From positions 30,907 to 94,906 of IMG/VR virus record IMGVR_UViG_3300028840_007197: a stretch of 64,000 nucleotides of DNA. One strand, written 5' to 3'. Every line of letters begins with the position of its first letter. Positions within the stretch are counted from its first letter, which is position 1. Below are positions 19,273 through 28,747 of the stretch, piece by piece. The notes under the pieces were generated by a model. The model did no database searches. It had not been told where the DNA came from and worked only from the letters and a program-made list of their open reading frames with translations. The stretch comes from a virus. The position numbers and the translations under genes were made by a program.

Positions 19273-22200
19273 AGTGTAATCCTGCTTAAGGGTTTATTCT
19301 GAATACGATACACCGCTAGGGCATCGGTCGAGCCCACTTGATACCCTACGGAATTATTCTTTTCAGTGATATATGTACGTGAGAAAATAACCATTAGATA
19401 TTCGCCGTTTTTGAAGATGTTATTGTTCTCATCACAGACTCTGGCAAGGACGGGCATATAAACTTTCCTAGGAACAGACAGCCCCATGCCCTCAGTAGAG
19501 AACTCGAATTCCCTTGAACAGATGCTATAGAATGTTCTTCCTAGGCTATCTACTGAGGGAGCCGAAAGAGTAAAAGATTCTCCAAAACTTCCGGGCACAT
19601 ACACGGGGAGAGAGACCATGCCCGTATCCACCGAGAGGTTATTAAAGCGTAGGGACTCATTGTTATATAGAAGATTTTCTTCCAACAAAATATCATTGAT
19701 AGGAATCTGCTCTATTGGTGTCGTGTAGGGTTGACCAGCCACCCCACCTGTAGAGCCATTGTTCGATACGTATATCCTGTCCCCACCATCAACAGTTGTG
19801 AGGGTAACAGTCGTAGGAAGAGATTGGACAGTTTGATAGGGAAGGAAATTATATGCTATCAGAAGAGCATCATTATTTGAATCGATCGGATAGGGTAGGA
19901 TAAGGTCTTGAACAAGAACCTGTATCCAGACTGTTCCGGGTGATGTCGCCGGATAAGTAACCGTGATGGTATCAGTACCAAAACCAGTTACGGTACATTG
20001 GGTCATTACGGCGTTACTTATATCTGACCCTATCCAGCAAACAGGACTATTCAAGGACTGCGTTGTTTCAACACTCGAAATTCCAAGAATAACCTTGTTA
20101 GGCATGTTTATTTGTGCTGATGTAGTAGAAACAGTAGTATCATCTTTAAAGATAGAACTGCAGAAAGTATTTATGCCCTTTGTGGAGGCAACAAAATTTA
20201 CCGATGCTCCGTTTCTGACGTTTATAACTATATCCTTGGTTACATAAGTAATTATTTCTATAGACTGGCCCTCAAGGAAAGAGAACCCGGTAGCCGGTGT
20301 TATCTTTATACCTGTCACATCAGAGCCGGATGTCGTAAACGATACTGAGCTTATTTTGTATGAGAACGATGAAATAACATTATTAATCTTAGACACAGTT
20401 AGGATATTGTATTTGGTGTCATCAGTATAGGGGCCTATTTCAGGGCTTAGAACAAGAGCAGTCCCATCCAAATCAGAGCTTGTTATTTTCATGAAATAAT
20501 GAAGCTCTACATTAGACGCTCTCGACTGCTGAGCTGTATCAGTATAAGCTTTTGCTGGATACACCAAAGCATAGTTGTTATACCCTGAAACTTCAGAGGC
20601 CCAGGACTCTATGACTCTCGATGTCTCTGAGCTCAGGACACCCTGATAGTAATAGGGAGCAGACCCTGACCCACTCACATTTTTTACCAGTTTCGGTGAA
20701 GACGGTATGTAACTCAGAGACACCGAACTCCCCGCCACATATTTTCCAGATAACAGATATCCGTTTACCGGTGAATCCGTTTTCACATCACTATCAAAAA
20801 CAAATGTAACCGTATCTGTTCCAAGACCTTCCCAGTATCCCGGAACAGGTTTCCCACTATATGAGGCATCCCCACTTACATAAGTGGCAGAATAATGGAC
20901 GGGATTGGTAGAGAAAATACCTGTAACAGGACCTAAAGACTGCTGAGTAGGTACCGGACTCGTTGAAAGAGATATTGACGATGTATTGAAAGATGCCTCG
21001 GAAGTAATAAGACCTGAAACGGCCCCCGTGAGGTCCGTATTTAACTCAGTACCACCCTCAGAACCAGAACCCGAAACTCTGTCTATATGCAGCAATTCGG
21101 TTCCATACCGGTCGCCACCATCAGATAGGCGTCCCATAACCGTTTTGAGTTCATTTTTCGACATCTTGTCGAAGGTTGAACTCAGGAGCTCTTTTGTAGA
21201 AGGAATAGTTATTATTCTTCTAACATCGAGGATATCCGAATCGACGACCTCTGTAGCAGTGAGAAGGTCGGGCCTGATAAAAGAAGTGTTCCTTTGGTTA
21301 GAGCCATTAGGATTAGTTGAGGCGTTATAGATCCCTGAATTTCTTCTGGCTACAAAAAACATGGGTATAGCATAACAGTACCCATCAACAGTATTTTCGC
21401 ATTTAGCTCTCCAGAGTCCGTAGTCACCATTTATCGGACCCATATTCTCGTAGGAGAATTTTGCCGTCGTATTCGGGCCCAAACCATATACCGTTGAGGA
21501 TAATCCCGCCTCAGGATTAAAATTGGGATCTGCCCCGCTTATTACTCTAATTCTGTACTGAACCTGTACCCTTTTTGTGGTCTCAATACGAGCATCAGGA
21601 TGTATAGAATTATCTTCTAGGAATACATCACTCTCGACATTCCCCTCGTAAAAAACCCTTTGAACCTGACGGATGAAGGTTTCAGTTTGCTGTTCCTCCC
21701 ATGTGATACCACTATCTTCGGTGTTCCGTATTACTGAATTAGCACCAACAAGCCAACCTTTATACTGGTCGAAGAAAGAAATGCCATATATGTCATATGC
21801 TGTTTGTGGGTCCTGAGGAACCCATTTAGCCCCTATATCATCGGTATAAAGTACTCGGCCTGAATCACCAACCGCCCATGCTTTTCCATTGAAGACGGCG
21901 CAGTCTCTCTTATACCAGTATGAAATTTTAACCGTATCATTTACCTTCGGAGCTAATGCAAGTACCACCGCTCCCGTTGTACCATTAATGCTATCAACAG
22001 CCACCTGGACATTATTTACCGTAACCGTTACCATACTCGGGTCATTGGTAACAGTTCCCCTTCCGTCTCCAACAGTTATAGGGGTATTCGCAACCGTGAA
22101 ATTCTTATTAGTTCCATCAAGCTGTGAGCTGACTTCCTCATTTAATACATGGGCATCAAGAGTAGGAGCCATTGAGACGGATCTGAGATTATCAGTAATG

Positions 22201-23279
22201 GAAGTATAAGTCGAATTTATGTATACATTACCGGACTGTGACACCCATGAAGCGCCACCATCTGAGGTCCTCAGAATAGTTCCATTATCTCCAACAGCAA
22301 ACCCATAACTGAGGTCATACATATGGATGCCATTGAGATTCTGGGTCGTATTACTAACCTGTGCAACCCAATGGTCACCACCATCAGTGGTCCTTATAAT
22401 TGTCCCTGAGTCTCCAACAGCCCACCCAACCTGATTATCATAAAAAAAGACCTTATTGAGATTAGCAGTAACCCCGCTAGTCTTCTCTACCCATGATACG
22501 CCGTTGCTGGTTTTTACGATAGTACCGGCATTACCAACGGCCCATGCCAGAAGCTGGCTGTAGGCGCATATTGAATTAAGATCTTCAGACACAACACTTG
22601 TAAGAGTGGTCCATTTCTGACCTCCAGAAGAGGACCGTGCAATGAAACCATCCTCCCCGACAACCCACCCTATGGATGCAGTAATAAAGTATATGCCTTT
22701 AAGTACTTTAGTAGTATCGATGAGCTGCGTTGACCATACCTGACCAGCATTCTCCGTTTTTAAAACGAGCCCGTTCTGACCACAAACCCACCCTATTGAG
22801 TCACTGTACATGTAGATGTCATAGAGCGAATCAATCACCGTGGCCGGATCAGGTTTGTTTGTACTCGTATCAGGATCAAGAAGAGCTCTCCAAACTTCAA
22901 GGAACACCCCATTAAGAATATTACCGCTCGATGGAGGAGTTTTGAGATCGATAAGATTAAGATTAGTGGCAGTCGTACCGGTATTGGTAACATGAACCAC
23001 CATCCCATTAACGTTGGCTATTTCAGGCTTTGGGTTAGTTGTACTCTGGGTATAGAATTTATTGGCCAAGGACCTATCCGTGTGGATAGGATACATTGAT
23101 ATCCACCCGGAGGGAAGAAATGATGCCTGTCTCCTATTGATGATTCCTTGAAGCTGTTGAACAAGATTCAGCTCGGAATCAAGAGGGGGCTTGCCCTTCT
23201 GGAAGACCACCGTATCATAGTTGTAGCCCTGGTCCTCATAAACGTAGGAGACATCAGGTCCCAAATTATCATGAGACAT
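19266..23279 (-). CDS. Putative tail fibre/receptor-binding protein with YCF48/BNR beta-propeller insertion
   Basis: Repeated GWAVG..GTI.RT.DGG..W blades (about 21690-22830) inside a scaffold paralogous to 10040-13081. Confidence 0.8.
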   Translation of the reverse strand: MSHDNLGPDVSYVYEDQGYNYDTVVFQKGKPPLDSELNLVQQLQGIINRRQASFLPSGWISMYPIHTDRSLANKFYTQSTTNPKPEIANVNGMVVHVTNTGTTATNLNLIDLKTPPSSGNILNGVFLEVWRALLDPDTSTNKPDPATVIDSLYDIYMYSDSIGWVCGQNGLVLKTENAGQVWSTQLIDTTKVLKGIYFITASIGWVVGEDGFIARSSSGGQKWTTLTSVVSEDLNSICAYSQLLAWAVGNAGTIVKTSNGVSWVEKTSGVTANLNKVFFYDNQVGWAVGDSGTIIRTTDGGDHWVAQVSNTTQNLNGIHMYDLSYGFAVGDNGTILRTSDGGASWVSQSGNVYINSTYTSITDNLRSVSMAPTLDAHVLNEEVSSQLDGTNKNFTVANTPITVGDGRGTVTNDPSMVTVTVNNVQVAVDSINGTTGAVVLALAPKVNDTVKISYWYKRDCAVFNGKAWAVGDSGRVLYTDDIGAKWVPQDPQTAYDIYGISFFDQYKGWLVGANSVIRNTEDSGITWEEQQTETFIRQVQRVFYEGNVESDVFLEDNSIHPDARIETTKRVQVQYRIRVISGADPNFNPEAGLSSTVYGLGPNTTAKFSYENMGPINGDYGLWRAKCENTVDGYCYAIPMFFVARRNSGIYNASTNPNGSNQRNTSFIRPDLLTATEVVDSDILDVRRIITIPSTKELLSSTFDKMSKNELKTVMGRLSDGGDRYGTELLHIDRVSGSGSEGGTELNTDLTGAVSGLITSEASFNTSSISLSTSPVPTQQSLGPVTGIFSTNPVHYSATYVSGDASYSGKPVPGYWEGLGTDTVTFVFDSDVKTDSPVNGYLLSGKYVAGSSVSLSYIPSSPKLVKNVSGSGSAPYYYQGVLSSETSRVIESWASEVSGYNNYALVYPAKAYTDTAQQSRASNVELHYFMKITSSDLDGTALVLSPEIGPYTDDTKYNILTVSKINNVISSFSYKISSVSFTTSGSDVTGIKITPATGFSFLEGQSIEIITYVTKDIVINVRNGASVNFVASTKGINTFCSSIFKDDTTVSTTSAQINMPNKVILGISSVETTQSLNSPVCWIGSDISNAVMTQCTVTGFGTDTITVTYPATSPGTVWIQVLVQDLILPYPIDSNNDALLIAYNFLPYQTVQSLPTTVTLTTVDGGDRIYVSNNGSTGGVAGQPYTTPIEQIPINDILLEENLLYNNESLRFNNLSVDTGMVSLPVYVPGSFGESFTLSAPSVDSLGRTFYSICSREFEFSTEGMGLSVPRKVYMPVLARVCDENNNIFKNGEYLMVIFSRTYITEKNNSVGYQVGSTDALAVYRIQNKPLSRITLC

Positions 23280-23289
23280 CTATCACTCC

Positions 23290-26200
23290 TTAGAATGCTT
23301 GTCTGCTAAGGTCTCTCGGAGTATCATAGCTTATCGAGAAGGACCCGACATTGAGATACTCTATGGAATTAACGTTGATGTCGTTGGATCCGGTCTCTCC
23401 ATACACGTAGTATGCTACTGAGTATTCCTTTTTCTCCGGTATATCACCGTCTTTGGTACTCACTATGATTTTACCATCTGACTGTATATAAGCACGTCCG
23501 GGCCCGTCTGATACTTCAAGGGGATCATCCTGAAGGACCAGAGGAAGATTATCTTCGAATACTCCCCTAAACATGTTCTCAGGACCGCCCTTATCAACGG
23601 TCTTATAGCTAAGGACGGAAACAGTAGATATATATGCCGTACTTGATCCTTCATTATAGATATCGAACTGTGTTTTTCCTACATCATCCCGTATTATCAT
23701 CGACCCATCTGCCTTGGTCATTCTCAAGAACGGAAGAACCACATAATCAACATCATCTATTCCCTTTATCACATGGTCTATATCACTCTGCGTAAGGGAC
23801 ACGCCTATTCCTAGCTGAGTGACAAAATTAGAGACTGCCGTTCGGATTTTAGAAGTAAGAAGGTTATAATTCGTCACCCCTGATTTAGGAACGACCGTTA
23901 TCACGAAGTCTACATCATTCTCGATAGCCTGTTTCACAATAGTATCAGCACAGGCATGCTTCATCTTATCTACTTGTTCTTGAACCGTTGAGAGCAGATA
24001 ATTGGTTGTATAAACCACAGCGAAGTTCTCTATGGCCGTATAGCTAATAAGTACGGTCTGACCATTCAGTATACTACCGCTCTCGATTAACCTAATATTT
24101 GTAGCCGATGTATCGGTTCCGGCAATGACCTGATAATCGACATTCTCTATAAATGTGACTGTCTTGGTACTATTCTTTATGACTATCGAAGTCGTATCTA
24201 CCCCATAATATGCGAGGGGTTCATCAGTCCCTATTATCATAACGTGGGACTCGTCAGTTATTTCCTGGAACTCGGTTAAGGGTAGATTATTAGCGAACTT
24301 AATCCTTATCCCATCCTGAGCTATAGTAGAGTTCCCATCTTCAAGAGGATCCTGTAACCTGACCAATTCATAGTTATCGGTTGTCAGAGGACCAGAAAGC
24401 TGACCTGTTACGGATACGATCTCCAGAACGGGCTGATTACTCAGTATGAATACATCTGAGCTCCTGTATTTATAATCGACTGTAATAATATCATTGGTGG
24501 CCAAACCTATTGAAACATTCACGGGTCTGGTTTCATCAAGGTCTATAACCTTTCCGTCACCAATTATCTGCAGATTCGTGAGGTCATAATCCGCCAACCG
24601 GGTAGCATTATGAACCTTTGATACCTCGAAAATTGGCGTATGCGCTGTCACTCTGGTATTCTGGGTCTGAAATTGGAATGATACTGCGTTTATGACCGTA
24701 AATCTCTCATCCTGCTGTGTGCCGCCATTGGCCTGAACGCTCTCAAAAGAAAAAGCTATCTGGTCGGTAATCTGTTTACTCCTGCTTCCCTCAACATATA
24801 CATCCACTTTTCCACCAACATGAGTCAGACGAAGGGGGTCCCAATCCCGCCTCATTAAAGGATCACCAGCCTTCTCTATTCTGACATTTCTGACGCCAGA
24901 TACGCCTATAGACGTTTTCGCATAGCCGCCTTCGGTACCAGTATCGGTGAAAAACGCCAGCTGTATTCTGCTGGCCATGTCATGGTTGGATTCTTCATCT
25001 GACCCAAAACTGATCGGATTACCGTTTTCAACAGAAAAATCTGAGTCTGCACCGCTTACTATGGTCCTAATAGTTTGAGAATCAGTATTACCACTTTCAC
25101 CCGCATCTTCAGATTCTACATCTAGTATCAACTCATATCTTTGAAGAGCTGCGTTATAGTAGATATCCCGATTAGAAAACTCAAGGATCCTGGATGTTGT
25201 TGTTCTATATGACTGTGCCGGGATTCCAGAATCCAGGTCACCTATAGTAGAGACAATACATCCTTCATAAACGTACATATCCCGGATAGGAGGAGTCTCA
25301 ACATAGAACGTAACCTGACCCGTAGCCCTCTCTGCATCTCTCCTGACTATGTTTACGTTAGATCCAAGTTTATCGAACTGTTCATCAATAAGGGTCTGTA
25401 CATCGTTAGGGTCACTAATATTCAGAGCTACTTGAAGGGCCCTCTTCTGTGTAGAAGATGTAACAGGGTCACTGATACCATCTCCGTCGGCGTCATCAAA
25501 ATCGAGCAGGGAGGTAACACCAAGAGACCGAGACATGAAATCCTGGATAACGTAGACCCTCGCTTGTTCTTCGGATATTGGGTCTAGTATGTCCCTCAAC
25601 GCCGTTCCGGGCTTGGTGTCTGCCCCAGCATTCCCGGTAAGGATTTCCCTTGAATAGGTCAGAATGATGTCAGTTTGAGTTCTGGAAGGAAGGTCCCTTA
25701 TTCCCGTTGTGATGGTAATAGGCGACCCCTCAAGCTCTGCGGAATACGAGCTCTCGGTCTGAACCCCCAATACCGAATCATATACAATGGCAGTAGCTAC
25801 GAAAAAGAAACTGTTGTCTTCGGTAAAAGGGACATTCTCGATAAGTCCCTCGGACACCAGTCGGTTATACGCTGTTTCATCAAAAAAAGTAGAATAGTAA
25901 TCTGTTACATTAACTTCCTCTATGGTTGTCGTAGTCCTTATATTTCCAACGGTATCAACACTTGTGCTTAACTGCCTTGTGTTTTCTTCTTGAGAGCTAG
26001 GTTCAGTCACGAGCTCAGTATTAATTTTTGCATAGGTTCTATTTATGCCGCCACTTTGTGTAGATACATAGAAGTTGTAACCAATAACCTGTTGTTCAGT
26101 ACTACCTGAACAGAGTATCTCGACTTTATCCTGGTATTGTTTTAGTTTAATACCGGTGGGCTGAGAAACAGTAGTAGATACCTGTGAATCTATAAGAGTT

Positions 26201-26460
26201 ACGACTATTATAGCGGGATTACTCGCTAAACCTGTCGTTTTATCGATAGCAGTAACCTGTAAGATATTCTGGCCAACTGTAAGAGTTCCAGTCCAAGCCC
26301 AGGCAATCTCCCCGGAAGTATAAGATACTCCAGATACAGACCCGTTCACCTTTATCTGGGCCGTGTCAGCAGAGGTGGTCCCTGAAATAGTCTGGACCTC
26401 TGTATCGGTCGTATAATCTACTCCACCCGAAGGCAGAAGTATAACGGGTGCTGGTATCAC
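23290..26460 (-). CDS. Baseplate J/gp47-like wedge protein with N-terminal Ig-like domain
   Basis: KPGTALRDIL, RRDAERATGQVTF, AGESGN, GSDEESNHDM..RI, GTEGGY, GGKVDVYV, LGIGVSLTQSDI...I.DVDYV. Confidence 0.85.
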   Translation of the reverse strand: MIPAPVILLPSGGVDYTTDTEVQTISGTTSADTAQIKVNGSVSGVSYTSGEIAWAWTGTLTVGQNILQVTAIDKTTGLASNPAIIVVTLIDSQVSTTVSQPTGIKLKQYQDKVEILCSGSTEQQVIGYNFYVSTQSGGINRTYAKINTELVTEPSSQEENTRQLSTSVDTVGNIRTTTTIEEVNVTDYYSTFFDETAYNRLVSEGLIENVPFTEDNSFFFVATAIVYDSVLGVQTESSYSAELEGSPITITTGIRDLPSRTQTDIILTYSREILTGNAGADTKPGTALRDILDPISEEQARVYVIQDFMSRSLGVTSLLDFDDADGDGISDPVTSSTQKRALQVALNISDPNDVQTLIDEQFDKLGSNVNIVRRDAERATGQVTFYVETPPIRDMYVYEGCIVSTIGDLDSGIPAQSYRTTTSRILEFSNRDIYYNAALQRYELILDVESEDAGESGNTDSQTIRTIVSGADSDFSVENGNPISFGSDEESNHDMASRIQLAFFTDTGTEGGYAKTSIGVSGVRNVRIEKAGDPLMRRDWDPLRLTHVGGKVDVYVEGSRSKQITDQIAFSFESVQANGGTQQDERFTVINAVSFQFQTQNTRVTAHTPIFEVSKVHNATRLADYDLTNLQIIGDGKVIDLDETRPVNVSIGLATNDIITVDYKYRSSDVFILSNQPVLEIVSVTGQLSGPLTTDNYELVRLQDPLEDGNSTIAQDGIRIKFANNLPLTEFQEITDESHVMIIGTDEPLAYYGVDTTSIVIKNSTKTVTFIENVDYQVIAGTDTSATNIRLIESGSILNGQTVLISYTAIENFAVVYTTNYLLSTVQEQVDKMKHACADTIVKQAIENDVDFVITVVPKSGVTNYNLLTSKIRTAVSNFVTQLGIGVSLTQSDIDHVIKGIDDVDYVVLPFLRMTKADGSMIIRDDVGKTQFDIYNEGSSTAYISTVSVLSYKTVDKGGPENMFRGVFEDNLPLVLQDDPLEVSDGPGRAYIQSDGKIIVSTKDGDIPEKKEYSVAYYVYGETGSNDINVNSIEYLNVGSFSISYDTPRDLSRQAF

Positions 26461-26463
26461 TGA

Positions 26464-27192
26464 CTAGGCCTCCGGTGTTTTCAAATACTGTTCGTACACT
26501 ATGGACTTACCCGACTTTGCCGTACATGAGACGGTACATCTTAAAATCGTCGGATCAGTCTCATCAGGCAGCACTTCGATGTTATCTACCGATGCCAGTA
26601 TCTCACCGTTAGTAAGAGCTCTTCCTGACTGCCTATGCTGGTCTTGCATGTCGGAGAATTTAGTAAGAGCACTACTGATTTCTTGTGTTATTTTAGTAGT
26701 CAGATAATCTAAATCAGCTATCTTTTCACCTAGAAGAGATACCAGTGATGTCCCTACAAATTGATGGAACACATTACTGAGAATCTCAGTAACCGTCCAT
26801 TTTTCAAGATTCTGAAGCAGAAGCTTCTCATCTCGTGCCAATACCAACTGACCCTTTATGTTATAGCTGTAATCATCTAAGACTTCCAATCCCACACACT
26901 TAGGGCAGAAACTCCTTAGGGTCACGTAGCTAATCTGGAAAAAATCCCTTGGTTGTTTCCATCTCTTATTGAGATAAACCATCCTCGGCTGATTCACATT
27001 CAACGTATTAGGGTCATAAATGACCGAATACATAGTCTTCGGTACAAGGTCGTCAGATGCGTATACCTGTATATCAACAGATGAGGCAAGAGGCTGCGCC
27101 ATTCTCAAGGATCTTAAGTCGCTCCCGATGGAGACTAACTCCTTGAAAATCTTATGATTACATACAGTAGGGAGACTGACGTCATAGGACAT
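26464..27192 (-). CDS. gp25/GPW-like baseplate (sheath initiator) protein
   Basis: C-terminal LLQNLEKWTVTEILSNVFHQFVGTSLVSLLG resembles the gp25 core; directly upstream of the J-like gene. Confidence 0.65.
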   Translation of the reverse strand: MSYDVSLPTVCNHKIFKELVSIGSDLRSLRMAQPLASSVDIQVYASDDLVPKTMYSVIYDPNTLNVNQPRMVYLNKRWKQPRDFFQISYVTLRSFCPKCVGLEVLDDYSYNIKGQLVLARDEKLLLQNLEKWTVTEILSNVFHQFVGTSLVSLLGEKIADLDYLTTKITQEISSALTKFSDMQDQHRQSGRALTNGEILASVDNIEVLPDETDPTILRCTVSCTAKSGKSIVYEQYLKTPEA

Positions 27193-27206
27193 ATAAAGGG
27201 TCAGCC

Positions 27207-27218
27207 ATTAGAAGATTA
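27207..27218 (-). promoter_or_regulatory. Putative late promoter motif (TAATCTTCTAAT)
   Basis: Variant of the 15315/56007 motif in the gap upstream of the start at 27192. Confidence 0.45.
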
Positions 27219-27244
27219 TTATTCCATTAAAATTAATGGAGTTA

Positions 27245-28747
27245 TCACAATCTATTTGACCAAACCTCATAATCTGTGATAATTTGGGAGGTGTAATCAT
27301 CATATTCTTGCTGATTAATTGAGCTTTGAAATAGGAGGATCAGCAGATAGCCAACATATTCATTAATGACAGATAGTATCTCATACGACTGACTATTCTT
27401 GAAACCAGATAGAGTCTTCAGCTCAGTAGACCCCTGGAGACTGCTATCAATTTTGACGCTGAAAACATATTCCTGAGCCGCAGGATCATACTGAAGTTGT
27501 AAAACGCTATCAGGAACAGCATATAGTTTTTTAAGAGTCTCGTCGTAAGTTGCTATTCTATCAGTAGGAGAGGTAGCAACAGCCTCAGAGGCCTTTCTCT
27601 GAAACTCTTCCTGAGCCTTTGCTTCTGCCGCCTTCTGCTGATTTATTGCAGCTTCACGAGCTTGTTCTTCATCTGTCTTAGAAGGATTATTACAATAGCT
27701 CTTATTCCCGTTAAGGAATGATATTTGTTTTTTAAACCATCTATTCTCGGCTTCTGCCGCTGATTTAAGAGCATTTGTCGTCCACCAGTTCGCCGCATTT
27801 CTGGTTCTATCCAAAAAACGAGATAAGGAACTTGTAGATCTTGCTGCGGAATCCTCTAACGATGGCTCGTCCTTTGGAGTCTTCTTCGAGCTTAATCTTA
27901 GTGATATATAGGGGTCGTTGATGTTCTTACTCATTTCCTCAACATACTTGGTTATAGAGGCTGGAAGCTTCGTATTGACCCCAAGGGACCTCAGACCTGA
28001 CATGAAACTCAGAAGAGCTGTAGAGTTAGTATCTGAACCGGGATTAGTCAGGTCCAGCACCAGGTCACCGTTAACCACATAGGGATTTCTCTCAGCAAAA
28101 GCAGTAAACTTAACGCTCAGCTTACTGAGCATATTAACTATTTTTGCATCTTCAGTATAAGCCTCATTTCCGCGCAAATCCCTAGAATTAGCCTTATAGA
28201 GACTGTGTAGTTCCCACAGCATATAGATATCAGCTACTTGTCTTTTTACTATGTTGTCTCTCTCAAGGTCTGCCTGCTCAGGGGCCCCCTTCTCTTGAAG
28301 CTGATTATTTATTTTATCTAGCTCATTTGAGTATGAAGTAATCCTACTTTGAACATCCTTTATCTGATATGCTATTTTGTTCTGCTCTTTTATAAGCTCT
28401 ATGGCATTAGGTGAAAGAAAAAGCAGCTTATTCTTGGTATACGTTACTCTTTCATGAGGGTCTGGAGTCCCAGAATCATAATAAGAATAGGACTGTATCG
28501 GATTTATCTTCTTGAAATGGTCAGCACTGTATTTTGCCTCTATCTCTGCCATCTCAAGGTCTCTATAAATACGCTGATTCAAAGCAGCTTCAGATGCCTT
28601 TAATTTCATCAAACGGCGTTCTAAGCTCATCAGAGCCTGTGTATAATACTCTTTTACAGAACGAAGACCATCAAGGGTGTTTTGAGTGACGATCTTCTCT
28701 ATGGATTTAAGGTCTTCTTTTCTAGTCTCGGTAGGATTAAGATTCAT
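27245..28747 (-). CDS. Hypothetical coiled-coil-rich protein in the baseplate cluster
   Basis: 500 aa, mostly helical; ATGA coupling with the upstream gene. Confidence 0.7.
   Translation of the reverse strand: MNLNPTETRKEDLKSIEKIVTQNTLDGLRSVKEYYTQALMSLERRLMKLKASEAALNQRIYRDLEMAEIEAKYSADHFKKINPIQSYSYYDSGTPDPHERVTYTKNKLLFLSPNAIELIKEQNKIAYQIKDVQSRITSYSNELDKINNQLQEKGAPEQADLERDNIVKRQVADIYMLWELHSLYKANSRDLRGNEAYTEDAKIVNMLSKLSVKFTAFAERNPYVVNGDLVLDLTNPGSDTNSTALLSFMSGLRSLGVNTKLPASITKYVEEMSKNINDPYISLRLSSKKTPKDEPSLEDSAARSTSSLSRFLDRTRNAANWWTTNALKSAAEAENRWFKKQISFLNGNKSYCNNPSKTDEEQAREAAINQQKAAEAKAQEEFQRKASEAVATSPTDRIATYDETLKKLYAVPDSVLQLQYDPAAQEYVFSVKIDSSLQGSTELKTLSGFKNSQSYEILSVINEYVGYLLILLFQSSINQQEYDDYTSQIITDYEVWSNRL

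Noticed and set aside
21690-22830. YCF48 as a photosynthesis auxiliary gene
   Set aside because: It is a generic BNR propeller inserted in a fibre scaffold; no photosystem genes are present.
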